DNA of 64,000 nucleotides from an uncultured Methylomirabilota bacterium (GCA_963705305.1 OY970067.1:2144001-2208000), one strand, 5' to 3'; counted from the stretch's first letter, positions 48,079 through 58,422 are shown. Notes: generated by a model from the letters alone, not told the origin. A program made the numbers and translations.

Positions 48079-49467
48079 ATGGCCATTGCGAGTCGTACCC
48101 TGGCGTCGGATCTCCGCCGGCTGGTCCCGGCCGGGCAGGTGCTCGACTCGATCGAGGATCGCACGCTGTACGCCTACGACGGGACCAGCACGAAGGCGCT
48201 GCCCGACATCATCGTGATGGCGCACACGACGCAGGAGGTCTCCACGCTCCTCAAGTTCGCCTCGGATCGGGCGGTGCCGGTCGTCCCGCGGGGGGCGGGG
48301 ACGGGCCTGTCCGGAGGCTCCGTTCCCGCGGAGGGAGGAATCGCCCTGGTGCTGGCAGGCATGCGGGCCATCAAGGAGCTGGACAAGGACAGCATGGTGG
48401 CCGTGGTCGAGCCGGGGCTGGTGACGGGACAGTTCCAGAAGGCGGTCGAGGCGGCCGGCATGTTCTATCCGCCGGATCCCGCCAGCCTGAACTACTGCAC
48501 CCTCGGCGGCAACGTGGCCGAGAACGCCGGCGGTCCGCACGGGGTGAAGTACGGGGTCACCAAGGACTACGTCCTGGGGCTGGAGGTGGTCCTGCCGTCC
48601 GGTGACATCGTGCGCCTGGGGGGCCGGCAGATCAAGAACGTGACCGGCTACAATCTGGTCCAGTTCTTTGTGGGCTCGGAGGGGACGCTGGGGGTGATCA
48701 CCGAGATCATCCTGCGCCTGCTGCCCAAGCCGCCGGCCAAGCGGACCATGCTGGCCGTCTTCGATCGGCTGGACGACGCGGCCACGGCGGTGGCGGGGAT
48801 CATGTCGGGGGGCGTGATCCCGGCGACCCTGGAGATCATGGACCAGATGAGCATCAACTGCGTCGAGGACTACCTGAAGCTGGGGCTCCCGCGGGATGCC
48901 GAGGCCATCCTCCTGATCGAGGTGGACGGCATGCCGGCGGCCGTCGAGGCGGAGGCCGACCTCATCGGCCGGATCTGCCGCGAGAAGGGAACCCGCAGCT
49001 TCCAGGTCGCCAAGGACAAGAAAGAAGAGGACGACCTCTGGAAGGCGCGCCGGTCCATCTCACCGGCCATCTCGGCCGCCCGCCCCAGCAAGATCGGTGA
49101 GGACATCAGCGTGCCGCGCCGGGCCATCCCCGAGATGGTGCGCGAGATCCAGCGCATCTCCCGGGAGTACTCGCTGCCCATCGTCATTTTCGGCCATGCC
49201 GGCGACGGAAACCTGCACCCCAATATCCTGACCGACCGGCGCGATCACCAGGAAATGGAGCGGGTCGAACGGGCCATCGGCGCCATCTTCGAGGCGTCCG
49301 TGCGCCTGGGGGGCACCCTGTCCGGGGAGCACGGCATTGGTCTCAGCAAGAAGCCGTTCCTGGGGCTGGCGCTCAGCCCGGAGACGGTCAAGCTGATGGC
49401 GGACCTCAAGCGCGCGGTCGACCCGAAGAATATCCTGAACCCCGGCAAGATCTGGGGAAGAGCGTAG
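48079..49467 (+). CDS. glcD: Glycolate oxidase/D-lactate dehydrogenase FAD subunit
   Basis: PRGAGTGLSGG, YPPDPAS, GSEGTLG, GHAGDGNLHP, GEHGIG, LNPGK. Confidence 0.9.
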   Translation: MAIASRTLASDLRRLVPAGQVLDSIEDRTLYAYDGTSTKALPDIIVMAHTTQEVSTLLKFASDRAVPVVPRGAGTGLSGGSVPAEGGIALVLAGMRAIKELDKDSMVAVVEPGLVTGQFQKAVEAAGMFYPPDPASLNYCTLGGNVAENAGGPHGVKYGVTKDYVLGLEVVLPSGDIVRLGGRQIKNVTGYNLVQFFVGSEGTLGVITEIILRLLPKPPAKRTMLAVFDRLDDAATAVAGIMSGGVIPATLEIMDQMSINCVEDYLKLGLPRDAEAILLIEVDGMPAAVEAEADLIGRICREKGTRSFQVAKDKKEEDDLWKARRSISPAISAARPSKIGEDISVPRRAIPEMVREIQRISREYSLPIVIFGHAGDGNLHPNILTDRRDHQEMERVERAIGAIFEASVRLGGTLSGEHGIGLSKKPFLGLALSPETVKLMADLKRAVDPKNILNPGKIWGRA

Positions 49468-49468
49468 C

Positions 49469-50785
49469 ATGCAGATCCGGGACGTCTCCTCCCTGTTCAA
49501 GTGCAACAAGTGCGGCTCTTGCACGTCGGTGTGTCCGCTGTACCAGCAGACCGTCCTCGAGGGAATGGCCGCCCGAGGCAAGCTGGCCTTGCTGGAAGCG
49601 GCGGTGGACGGGCGGCTGGAGGCGACCAAGGCCGTGCGCGCAAAGCTGGAGGAATGCCTGCTGTGCGGCGCCTGCGCGCAGAACTGCCCGAGCCTGGTTC
49701 CCACCACCGAGCTGTTCCTGGAAGCCCGCGCCGCCCTGGCGGGGGATTTGGGAATCCCGCTGCCGATTCGCCTGTTCCTGACCGCGCTGGCCACGCCCGG
49801 CCTCATGCGCGCCGGCATGCCGGGGATGCGCCTGCTCCAGCGCTCCGGCGTGCTTCAGGTGGCGGAAACGCGGGCGGGCCTCCTCCTGCCGGAATCGGTG
49901 CGGGCCGCGGTGCGGGCCGCGCCCCCCATCCCGTCCCCGCCGTTTCTGGCACGCCGGCTGGCGTTCGCCGGCAACGGGAAGGGGGAGCGGGGGACCGTCG
50001 CCTACTTCGCGGGCTGCTTCATGAACTGGGGCTACGCCGATGCCGCCGAGGCGACCCATCTGGCCCTCAACCTGGCCGGCTATCGGGTGGAGTCCCCGCC
50101 GGTGGTCTGCTGTGGACTGCCGCACCGCGTGTACGGCGATCTGGAGCGGGCTCGCCGCCTGGCGCGCCAGAATATCCAGACCCTGGAGAAGTACGAAGCG
50201 ATTGTCGCCGACTGCGCCTCGTGCGGGGCGGCGCTCAAGGAGTATGGCGAGGTGCTGGCGGACGATGCGGAGTATCGGGCTCGCGCCCGCGCGCTTTCCG
50301 ACCGGGTCTTCGACGTGTCGGCATTCCTGGTGGCGCAGGAATTCCTCCGGCCGGAGGGCGAGCTGCCGATCCGGGTGACCTACCACGAGCCATGTCATCT
50401 CGGGCGGGTGCAGGGCGTCAAGCAGCAGCCGCGGCAGATCCTGCGGGCCATCCCGGGCGTGGAGTTCGTGGAGATGAAGGACGCCAACGTCTGCTGCGGC
50501 GGGGCCGGATCCTTCTGCGTGCTCCATTCCGAGCTGTCGGAGAAGGTGGGGGCGGCCAAGGTGGAGAATATCCTGGCCACCGGGGCCGAGGTGGTGGTGA
50601 GCGGGTGTCCCTCGTGCATCTCCCAGCTCGCCGCCATGCTGCGGGCCCGCGGATCCGGCATCCGCGTCTGCCATCCCATGGAGCTTCTGGCGGAAAGCTA
50701 CCGGCGCTCCCGCGTCCCTGGCACCACGGCCGTCGAAGAGGAAACGTCATCTTCCCAGCCGGTCGAGGGACGAAAGGCCGGGTGA
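49469..50785 (+). CDS. glcF: Glycolate oxidase Fe-S subunit (two CCG domains)
   Basis: CNKCGSCTSVCP, CLLCGACAQNCP, CCG, YHEPCHL, CCGGAG. Confidence 0.88.
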   Translation: MQIRDVSSLFKCNKCGSCTSVCPLYQQTVLEGMAARGKLALLEAAVDGRLEATKAVRAKLEECLLCGACAQNCPSLVPTTELFLEARAALAGDLGIPLPIRLFLTALATPGLMRAGMPGMRLLQRSGVLQVAETRAGLLLPESVRAAVRAAPPIPSPPFLARRLAFAGNGKGERGTVAYFAGCFMNWGYADAAEATHLALNLAGYRVESPPVVCCGLPHRVYGDLERARRLARQNIQTLEKYEAIVADCASCGAALKEYGEVLADDAEYRARARALSDRVFDVSAFLVAQEFLRPEGELPIRVTYHEPCHLGRVQGVKQQPRQILRAIPGVEFVEMKDANVCCGGAGSFCVLHSELSEKVGAAKVENILATGAEVVVSGCPSCISQLAAMLRARGSGIRVCHPMELLAESYRRSRVPGTTAVEEETSSSQPVEGRKAG

Positions 50786-50892
50786 CCCGGCCGCAGGGCG
50801 TAGAGGAAGTGCGCTTTCGCGTTGGTATTCTCCGATCCCTCCGCTCGCGATGGCGTGCCCGGCCTTCTCCTCGTCAGGGCTAGACCCTCCAC

Positions 50893-51288
50893 TCAATAGC
50901 AGAGCGTGGCTTTTGCCTCCAGGCACTCCTGGACCAGCCGTGCCGCCGCGATCGGCTCGGCGCCATCCATCAACGCCTCTACCCCGATCCGGCGCTCCTT
51001 GATGCATGGCGAGCAGACCAGAAGCTGCCCGCCCTGCTTCACGAAGCTGTCCATCAGGTCCTTGAGCGGGGGAAGGCCGCCGGCAAAGACATGCTCGTTC
51101 GTCCCGTTCACGGCCAGATAGACCCCGTTCCCCTGGAGGGCCACGACTGCCTTCACGTCCATCACCAGGGCGCCGTTTCCCACAACGAAGGGCAGCGTGG
51201 CCCGCTCGGGATCCTCCGGTCCGTGGGTTGCGACGATCACCATCTTCTCGGCCTTGACCTCTTCGGCTGGCATTTCTCCCTCCATCAT
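50893..51288 (-). CDS. DsrE family protein
   Basis: THGPEDPERATLPF, CSPC. Confidence 0.85.
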   Translation of the reverse strand: MMEGEMPAEEVKAEKMVIVATHGPEDPERATLPFVVGNGALVMDVKAVVALQGNGVYLAVNGTNEHVFAGGLPPLKDLMDSFVKQGGQLLVCSPCIKERRIGVEALMDGAEPIAAARLVQECLEAKATLCY

Positions 51289-51362
51289 CGAATTGTCATT
51301 GGACTACCAGACCTGTCGTTCGCCTGCGAAGGTTGCTCCGCTGGCTATCTTCGGTGAGCACG

Positions 51363-51920
51363 TCAAATGAAAAGCGTCGCTTTGCTGGAGCCGGCTTCGG
51401 CCAGGAACGTGGCCACGCCAGCCGCCTTCATGTTCGGGTACTCTATCATCTCCTCCATCTTGTACCCCATGAGGTCCATGCTCATCTGGCAGACATAGAT
51501 CTGCACGCCAGAATCAGCCGCGGTCTGGATGAGCTGCCCCAGACTCATGACATGCTGCTTCTTCATGAGCCACTTTATCATTGCTTTCCCCGCCCCGGCC
51601 ATGTTCATCCTGGAGAGGGAAAGGGCCGCCGCCCCCTTGGGGAGCATGTTCTCGAACATCCTGCCGATGAGGGACTTGGCGACCCTCTTCTTCGGGTCCT
51701 TCAGGGCCGGTATGGCCCAGAAGGTAAAGAACATGGACACCTTCTCGTACATGACCGCCGCGCCTGTGGCTATGATGAAAGCGGCCAGGAGCTTGTCCAG
51801 GTCTCCGCTCATCACCACCATGGAGAGCTTGTCCTGGGGCAGATTGGCCTGGAGCGTCTCCACTTCTTTCTTGAGCCGTTCAACGGTTTCATTCAGTTTT
51901 TGTATCTCAACGGTATCCAT
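51363..51920 (-). CDS. DsrE/DsrF/DrsH-like sulfur carrier
   Basis: SGDLDK, FFTFW, CQMSMDLMG, GVATFL. Confidence 0.88.
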   Translation of the reverse strand: MDTVEIQKLNETVERLKKEVETLQANLPQDKLSMVVMSGDLDKLLAAFIIATGAAVMYEKVSMFFTFWAIPALKDPKKRVAKSLIGRMFENMLPKGAAALSLSRMNMAGAGKAMIKWLMKKQHVMSLGQLIQTAADSGVQIYVCQMSMDLMGYKMEEMIEYPNMKAAGVATFLAEAGSSKATLFI

Positions 51921-52043
51921 ATTTTCTGTTCATCCCTGCCAAAGGCATTGGTCTCATTCGGCGTCCGACCGTTGCAAACGTCCTCCGGGCCGCCCCCGGA
52001 ATCCCCTCTTTTCACCACCCGGCGTCTCTTTTCACGAGCCGGT

Positions 52044-53228
52044 TTATGCACTGGCCGCCCGCAGGCGCCAAAACTCCGTGAACCAGATGGCGGCCGGACG
52101 GTAGAGGATGTGGGCGAATTTGGTAAAGGGCAGGAGCAGGATCAGCTCCATGGCCAGGGCGATGTGGACGAGGAAGATGACCCCCATGGCGACCCCCGCC
52201 CCGCCGGCCAGCGGAACGTAGTCGGCCAGCTCGAGGATGAAGCCCGTGATGCCGATGGGCCAGAGGAACCCCAGGAAGAGCCAATCCGAGAGGCCCGTGT
52301 GCGCATAGTACTTGTCGGGCTTGCGCAGACGCTGCAGGATGGCCACCGTCGTCCCGTAGACGAAGAAGGCCCCGGCCACGGTGCCCAGCAGTCGGATCGG
52401 ATACCAGATCGGCACATAGGATCCGGGCGTCTTGAACAGGTAGTCGAGGACCGTGGCGAGACCCAGCCCGGCCATGCCCATCATGATGGAGTAATGCACG
52501 AACCAGCGGCGGAGGAGGAGCGGCCCGGGGGGCTGGGTCTTCTCCGAGTCGCAGTCGCGGTAGCGGCGCTGTCCGACGACCTCGGCCATGGTCGTCTTGA
52601 GCGCGATCAACGCCGCCCCCAGGGGAAACAGGCCCGGCCGCACCTCCGGCAAGCCCAGGCCGCCGGGAGAGGCCGCCCGCGAGATCATCCAGAACATGTT
52701 GAGCAGTGTGGCGGCGGTCATCGCCGCGACGGCGACCATCACACCAATGCCGAGCCAGTGGATGGTCTCGTACGGCACGAACGTGAGCAGGGCGCTCGCG
52801 TCGGCCGGGCCCGGCGGAAGCCCGGGCGAGCGCGCGAGCAGGATCGCGAGCAGGCCCGCAAAGACAATCGCGAGCAGGCCCGCGGCCAACCCCTTCGACC
52901 GGTACAGGCGCCCCGCGATCGAGGTCGGGTCAAAGCGCGCGATGGCGTAGCGCCGGGCGGAGGCCATGAACTCGCCGGGCTCGGCTTGGCGGGGGCAGGT
53001 GTCGGAGCACTCGGCACAGTAGTCGCACAGCCAGAGCTCGCGGCTCGCCGCGATGTGGTCCTTCTGCCCGAGCTGGGCATAACGAATCACGCGACGCGGG
53101 AAGGCGACGTATTCCTTGGACAGCGGGCAGACCGCCGTACAGTTCCCGCAATTGAAACAGGCGTCGATGTCGAAGGCGCCGAACCGCTTCATGTCTTTCA
53201 GCACGCTGGTATCGACACGCATGGCCAT
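52044..53228 (-). CDS. QmoC-like protein (HdrC-type 2x[4Fe-4S] plus cytochrome b membrane domain)
   Basis: CFNCGNCTAVCP, WLCDYCAECSDTCP; TMs with His; PFTKFAH. Confidence 0.85.
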   Translation of the reverse strand: MAMRVDTSVLKDMKRFGAFDIDACFNCGNCTAVCPLSKEYVAFPRRVIRYAQLGQKDHIAASRELWLCDYCAECSDTCPRQAEPGEFMASARRYAIARFDPTSIAGRLYRSKGLAAGLLAIVFAGLLAILLARSPGLPPGPADASALLTFVPYETIHWLGIGVMVAVAAMTAATLLNMFWMISRAASPGGLGLPEVRPGLFPLGAALIALKTTMAEVVGQRRYRDCDSEKTQPPGPLLLRRWFVHYSIMMGMAGLGLATVLDYLFKTPGSYVPIWYPIRLLGTVAGAFFVYGTTVAILQRLRKPDKYYAHTGLSDWLFLGFLWPIGITGFILELADYVPLAGGAGVAMGVIFLVHIALAMELILLLPFTKFAHILYRPAAIWFTEFWRLRAASA

Positions 53229-53231
53229 CGG

Positions 53232-53543
53232 CTAGTCTCCCTTGCCTTTCTCCTGCACGAGCCGGTAGGTAAAATACTCGCCGTCCTGGGCGTCCTCCGC
53301 CAGCTCGCCGTACTTGCGCATGGCCGCCACATGCCAGAGCACCTCGCGCGCGGTGAGGCCGCAGGCCCCGGCCAGGGTCGGCACGGTCGCCGGTCCCTTG
53401 GCCAACTCGGCCCGGATCTTGCGCCGCGCGGCAGCCCGCTGCTTGTTCTGCTGGGTCGCGGTCTCCAGGATCCCCGCGCGTTCGGCGCGCAGCCTTTTCA
53501 GCGTGTCTTTCAACGCCTGTTTCTGCTCGCTCGTCTGAGTCAT
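53232..53543 (-). CDS. Small winged-helix-like hypothetical protein
   Basis: GPATVPTLAGACGL...WHVAAMRKYG; 4-bp overlap with the upstream hdrA. Confidence 0.6.
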   Translation of the reverse strand: MTQTSEQKQALKDTLKRLRAERAGILETATQQNKQRAAARRKIRAELAKGPATVPTLAGACGLTAREVLWHVAAMRKYGELAEDAQDGEYFTYRLVQEKGKGD

Positions 53544-55480
53544 CTCGCCAGTGCCTCCGAGCCGACAAGGAGGGCATCGACCATGGCATCGTACTGGTCG
53601 AGCGTCCAGCCGGCGAGGTCGATGGCGCGGACCGGGCAGACCGCCACGCACGCGCCGCACCCCGAGCAGAGGGCGGGATTCACGACGGCGCGGGAGCGGC
53701 CGTCGGGATACTCGTGGAGGGCGATGGCGCCGGTGTAGGGGCATTCCTGCACACACAGGCCGTGGCCCTCACAGCGCCCGGCCTCGACGTGGGCCACGAA
53801 CGGGTCGAGCTCGACGTGTCCCCTGGAGAGCAGGGCCATCGCCTTGGCTGCCGCGGCGGAGGCCGAGGCGGTCGTTTCGGTCACATCCTTGGGCCCCTGG
53901 CTGGTGCCGGCCACCAGCACGCCGCCGACGGCGAGCTCGACCGGACGCAGCTTGGGATGGACCTCGAGCAGAAAACGGTCGGTGCCCACCGGCAGCTTGA
54001 GGCTGCCGACCAGCGACGACACGTCGGCCGGCTTCATGCCGACCGCAAGCACCAGCAGGTCGACAGCGGCCTCGACCTCCTCGCCCCAGGTGAGTCCGTC
54101 CTTGCAGCGGACGATCACGGGGCTCGCCTCGCCCGCTGGCGCCTTGGTGACGCTGGGGGGGGATTGAGCGCTCCAGCGCACGAAGACGGTGTCGCTCTTG
54201 GACGCTTTCTCGTAGTAGTCCTCGTGGCCGCGGCCGTAGGTACGGATGTCCTGGTAGAAGTCGAACGTCGCCACATCCGGCCGCTTCTCGTGCAGATCGC
54301 AGATGGCCTGCAGCGTGGCGGTGCAGCACACGCGCGAGCAGTATTCGTTGATCTTGCCGTCGGCCTGCGGCTTGTTCACGCCCTCGGCCTGGCGGCTGCC
54401 CACACAGTGCATGAAGGCGACGCTGCCGATCGGGCGGCCGTCCCGCTCCGGCAGGCCCGCGCCGGCAGTGACGCCGCTCAGCCACTTGATGAAGTCGGGC
54501 AGCGTGATGACCTGCGGGATGCGGCCGTAGCCGTACTCGCCCTTGCCGGGGACGTAGTGCTCGAAACCGGTGGCGACGACGATCGCCCCGGCCTCGAGGG
54601 TGAGGACGCGGCCGCCGGGGGCCTCAGCGGGGGCGCCTCCAGCCGCCGCAGCCTGGGCGCCGGAGGCGGCGCCGTCGAGCGCGTACCCCTCGAACGGACG
54701 GAAGCCGCCCGGAGCCCGGCCGTGACGACGGGCGGCGGCGTCCACCACCTTCCCGTCGGATTCCTGCCTCACCGAGAGCGTGAAGTTGCCCACATACCCC
54801 TCGGCCCGTTCGACCACGGCGCGCGTGTAGACCGTCACGCGGGGATCGGCCAGGACCTCTTCGGCCAGCCGCGTCAGGACGTCGGCCGCGGGCTCTTCGT
54901 TGGGAAACAGGCGGTCGAGGACCGCCACGTTGCCTCCGAGGACGGCCTTGCGCTCGAGCAGCGCGACCTGGATGCCGGCGCGCGCCAGGTCGCGGGCCGC
55001 GCGCAGGCCCGCCACCCCGCCGCCGATGACGGCGGCTCTGGCCGTTGTCTCCACACGGATGGGCTCGAGGGCGGAGAGGCGCGACGCCTTGGCGACCGCG
55101 GCGGCCACCAGGGAGGCCGCCTTGGCCGTGGCCTGCCCGGGGTCGCCGGTCGCCCAGCTCACCTGCTCGCGGATGTTCACGTGCTCGTAGAGGTAGGGGT
55201 TGAGTCCGGCCCGCCCGAGCACACCGCGGAAGGTGGTCTCGTGCAGCTTCGGCGAGCACGCCGCCACGACGACACGGTCGAGATGCTCGTTCTGAATGTC
55301 CTGCACGATCGCGTTCTGCCCCGGGTCGGAGCACATGAACACGTTCATGCGGGCCACCACGACGTTGGGCAGCGCCGCCGCCCGGTCGGCCAGTTGCTGG
55401 ACATCGACCACGTCGGAGATGTTGCCCCCGCAATGGCAGATGTAGACGCCGATGCGCGGCGTGGACTGCTGGGCCGTCAT
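53540..55480 (-). CDS. HdrA-like flavoprotein (CoB-CoM heterodisulfide reductase A family)
   Basis: GVYICHCG, ACSPKLHE, IGGGVAG, CVGSR...YCSRVCC, C-terminal ferredoxin. Confidence 0.9.
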   Translation of the reverse strand: MTAQQSTPRIGVYICHCGGNISDVVDVQQLADRAAALPNVVVARMNVFMCSDPGQNAIVQDIQNEHLDRVVVAACSPKLHETTFRGVLGRAGLNPYLYEHVNIREQVSWATGDPGQATAKAASLVAAAVAKASRLSALEPIRVETTARAAVIGGGVAGLRAARDLARAGIQVALLERKAVLGGNVAVLDRLFPNEEPAADVLTRLAEEVLADPRVTVYTRAVVERAEGYVGNFTLSVRQESDGKVVDAAARRHGRAPGGFRPFEGYALDGAASGAQAAAAGGAPAEAPGGRVLTLEAGAIVVATGFEHYVPGKGEYGYGRIPQVITLPDFIKWLSGVTAGAGLPERDGRPIGSVAFMHCVGSRQAEGVNKPQADGKINEYCSRVCCTATLQAICDLHEKRPDVATFDFYQDIRTYGRGHEDYYEKASKSDTVFVRWSAQSPPSVTKAPAGEASPVIVRCKDGLTWGEEVEAAVDLLVLAVGMKPADVSSLVGSLKLPVGTDRFLLEVHPKLRPVELAVGGVLVAGTSQGPKDVTETTASASAAAAKAMALLSRGHVELDPFVAHVEAGRCEGHGLCVQECPYTGAIALHEYPDGRSRAVVNPALCSGCGACVAVCPVRAIDLAGWTLDQYDAMVDALLVGSEALAR

Positions 55481-56832
55481 GCCGGTACCTCGGCCGCGCT
55501 TCGCGCCTCGGCGGCGCCTGCGGGGTGGGCCCCAGCCGCTCGCCCGCCGAAACCGTGCGCGCGCAGATAGAGACTCGCCTCGGCGGCGGCCGCCCCCGCC
55601 TCCACAATGGCGTCAACGATGTCCTTGGGACCGGTCGCCGTGCCGGCGACGAAGATGCCGTCGACGCCGCTGCGGCAGGGCGCGTCTTTGGGGTGCGGCA
55701 CGCTCACGAAGCCGTCGCTGCCGGTCTCCAGGGCAAGCAGGCGGGAGAGGTCGACGGCGGGCCGCAGGCCCAGCGAGAGCACGACCAGGTCGTGCGCGCG
55801 CTCCTCGACCTGGCCGAATTGATCGATCCGCTCGACGCGGACGGTCACGCCCTGGTCCGCATTCTCCGACAGGCGCGCCACCTTGCCCTTGACGAACTCG
55901 ATGCCCATGGCCTGCGCCGAGCGGTAGAACTCCTCGTATCCCTTGCCGAAGGCGCGGATGTCCATGTAATAGATGGTGATGTCGGCGAAGGGCAGCGCGC
56001 CGCTTAAAAGCATCGCCTGCTTGATCGCGTACATGCAGCAGACGCGCGAGCAGTACGGCACGCCCAGGGTATGGTCGCGCGAGCCGGCGCACTGCACGTA
56101 GGCCACCGACTGGGGGACCTTGCCGTCCGACGGCCGCAGCACCCGGCCGTAGGGGCCGTGCGGCGCCAGCAGCCGCTCCATCTGCGTCGGGGCGAGCACG
56201 TTTGCGATCTGGCCGCCGCGGTACTCGGCCTTGGCCTCGAGGGGAGTGAGCTGCCAGCCCGTGGCAGCAACCACGGCGCCGGCTTCGAGCTCGAAATCCT
56301 GGGGCTGCTGGTCGAGCACGATGGCGCCGGTCGGGCAGGCCGCCACGCAGCGCCCGCACAGGATGCAGTGATCGGGATCGATCAGGGCGGTCTGCGGAAT
56401 GGCGTTGGTGAAGGGGATGTAGGCCGCCCGCCGCGCCCCCATGCGCCCCTCGAACTCGTCCTCGACCTCCACCGAGCAGGCGTACTCGCACAGCCGGCAG
56501 CCGATGCAGTCCGCCTCGTTCACGTAGCGGGGTTTCTTGCGCAGGGCGGCCTTGAATACGCCCCCCTCGCGCCGCACCGAGCGGAGCTCGATATAGGTAT
56601 AGGTGGCGATGTTGGGATGGTGAGCCACGGCCGCCATCTTGGGCGTGGTGATGCAGCTGGCGCAGTCCAGCGTCGGGAAGACCTTGCTCAGGCCGATCAT
56701 GGCCCCGCCGATGCTCGGGTTGCGCTCGACGACCGCCACCGAGAAGCCCTGGTCGGCCAGGTCGAGAGCGGTCTGCAAGCCCGCGATGCCAGCGCCGATG
56801 ACGAGGGCGTCGAACCTGGAATCCTTGCTCAT
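55477..56832 (-). CDS. Second, shorter HdrA-like flavoprotein
   Basis: IGAGIAG, KVFPTLDCASC, internal 2x[4Fe-4S], CAGSRD...YCSRVCCMY. Confidence 0.9.
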   Translation of the reverse strand: MSKDSRFDALVIGAGIAGLQTALDLADQGFSVAVVERNPSIGGAMIGLSKVFPTLDCASCITTPKMAAVAHHPNIATYTYIELRSVRREGGVFKAALRKKPRYVNEADCIGCRLCEYACSVEVEDEFEGRMGARRAAYIPFTNAIPQTALIDPDHCILCGRCVAACPTGAIVLDQQPQDFELEAGAVVAATGWQLTPLEAKAEYRGGQIANVLAPTQMERLLAPHGPYGRVLRPSDGKVPQSVAYVQCAGSRDHTLGVPYCSRVCCMYAIKQAMLLSGALPFADITIYYMDIRAFGKGYEEFYRSAQAMGIEFVKGKVARLSENADQGVTVRVERIDQFGQVEERAHDLVVLSLGLRPAVDLSRLLALETGSDGFVSVPHPKDAPCRSGVDGIFVAGTATGPKDIVDAIVEAGAAAAEASLYLRAHGFGGRAAGAHPAGAAEARSAAEVPA

Positions 56833-57245
56833 GCAGCGACCTCCCGGGCCCCGGCCAGCACGGCGTTCAATTCGTCGATCTCCTTGAGGAACGGCTTGGT
56901 GCAGACCGTGCAGATGGCGCTCAGGCGCAGCCGTTCGGGCGCGATGCCGCGCTCCTTGAGGCCGAGCTTGACCCGGTCGATGCGGGCGGCGAGTTTTTCG
57001 AACGCTCCGACATAGGGGCACTCGTGCCCGCATGACATCACGAGGATGCCGCCCACGCCCTTGGCAAAGCAGCGGTAGTAGAATTCGTCGGGAAAGAGCA
57101 CCGGCGAGGGCACCCGCAGGATGAAGGTGTTGGGGGCGTAGTGGAGATGGGCCTGTCCCGTGGCGTCGGCGGCCGGGTAGGCGCAGGTCGCGGTCGCGAG
57201 AATCAGGATCCTGGCCTGATCCCGCACAGTCGTATGCTCACTCAC
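56829..57245 (-). CDS. MvhD/FlpD-like [2Fe-2S] subunit, divergent
   Basis: CAYPAAD, CGHECPY, GIAPERLRL, CTVC. Confidence 0.8.
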   Translation of the reverse strand: MSEHTTVRDQARILILATATCAYPAADATGQAHLHYAPNTFILRVPSPVLFPDEFYYRCFAKGVGGILVMSCGHECPYVGAFEKLAARIDRVKLGLKERGIAPERLRLSAICTVCTKPFLKEIDELNAVLAGAREVAA

Positions 57246-57333
57246 GGAAGAACTCCTGTGGGACGAACCAATGCGCCCCCGCGCCCCCTATGACACCCAG
57301 GGGGGCACGCAGGCCATCCAAACACTTCACCGG

Positions 57334-57591
57334 CTACTTGCCTCGCCGCACGAAGATCCGGTCGTAGCCCTCGGCCGCCCGGAGGGCGCCCAGGAATTCG
57401 TGGCCGACCTTCTTGGCCCATATGGGGATGTCGTTGCGCGAACCGGCATCGCCGGAGCGGATCTCGACGACCCCGCCCACGCTCACCGTGCCCATGCCCT
57501 TTTTGGCTTCGAGCAGGGGGCCAGGGCAGGCGCTGCCGCGGGCATCCACAACATGATCGGGGGTGATGTCTTCGAGCTCCTCAACGTCCAT
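57334..57591 (-). CDS. tusA: TusA family sulfurtransferase
   Basis: VDARGSACPGP, DIPIWAKKVGH. Confidence 0.9.
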   Translation of the reverse strand: MDVEELEDITPDHVVDARGSACPGPLLEAKKGMGTVSVGGVVEIRSGDAGSRNDIPIWAKKVGHEFLGALRAAEGYDRIFVRRGK

Positions 57592-57777
57592 GTCTGGCTC
57601 CTTTCATGGCGCATGGTTGTCGGCGCGCCCCGGGTGTGAAATACAATCCAAACCCGCAATCCCGGCATCCGGGAGTCCCGGGGCACGGCATCTGGTTTGA
57701 TTCGTACGAAAGGCTGTTGGAGCGCTCCGAAAAGCGTGCGGCGAGCTTCCGGACCTCGGCGGGCGTGCCCGGGGCGT

Positions 57778-58251
57778 TCAGCGCGCTCCGTCAGCCAGGC
57801 GCGATTCCTGGAGGTGCTCTGGTTCGAGGGCCGCTCGAGCGGGAGCGGGCCGAGCAGTCTCCTCGGACGTGCTTGCGCCGTCGAGGAACCTGGCTGCGAG
57901 GAGCGACATCCCTGCGGCCCGATGTTGCTCGACGAGCGCCTTCCGAATCAGCCGGCATCCCTCAATGAACGTCGGATTGGTGATCGAGTAGTAGACGGAT
58001 TGCCCCTCCTTCCGTGGACGGACCAGCATCCGCTCTTTCAGCACGCGCAGGTGCTGCGAGAGGGTGTACACCGGAACCTGGAGCATACGGGCCAAGTCGC
58101 TGACGCACATCTCTCCTTGCGCCAGGTGGTACATGATCGCAAGGCGATGCTCGTTGGCGAGGGCCTTGCAGAACTCGGCCTGCATCCGAAAGACCGTTTG
58201 TAATTCTTCGCGTGACGGAGTATTTGACTCATCATGTATTTGCATATACAT
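57778..58251 (-). CDS. ArsR/SmtB family transcriptional regulator
   Basis: FCKALANEHRL, LSQHLRVLK, RKEGQSVYYS. Confidence 0.9.
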   Translation of the reverse strand: MYMQIHDESNTPSREELQTVFRMQAEFCKALANEHRLAIMYHLAQGEMCVSDLARMLQVPVYTLSQHLRVLKERMLVRPRKEGQSVYYSITNPTFIEGCRLIRKALVEQHRAAGMSLLAARFLDGASTSEETARPAPARAALEPEHLQESRLADGAR

Positions 58252-58261
58252 ACAAATACAT
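58234..58261. promoter_or_regulatory. Probable ArsR-type operator
   Basis: ATGTATTTG-N10-CAAATACAT inverted repeat over the arsR start. Confidence 0.65.
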
Positions 58262-58382
58262 TATTATATCTGTAGTGTCAAGCGGGATTCTTTCTCTTTA
58301 TGGGCTCACCGAGCAGAATTCCGCAGATTCATGCGATCTCGACAGATGAAGAGCCTTGACAGGCGACTGGCATTGGAGTAAC

Positions 58383-58395
58383 TTGTATTGTACAA
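58383..58395. promoter_or_regulatory. Probable MarR operator, copy 1
   Basis: TTGTA-TTG-TACAA, identical to 58901-58913. Confidence 0.7.
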
Positions 58396-58422
58396 ATATA
58401 ACTCAAGGAACGGCTAGGATTC

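Noticed and set aside
53540..57245. Selenocysteine recoding in HdrA/MvhD
   Set aside because: The ORFs are open with Cys or other residues at the motif positions; no in-frame TGA needs readthrough.
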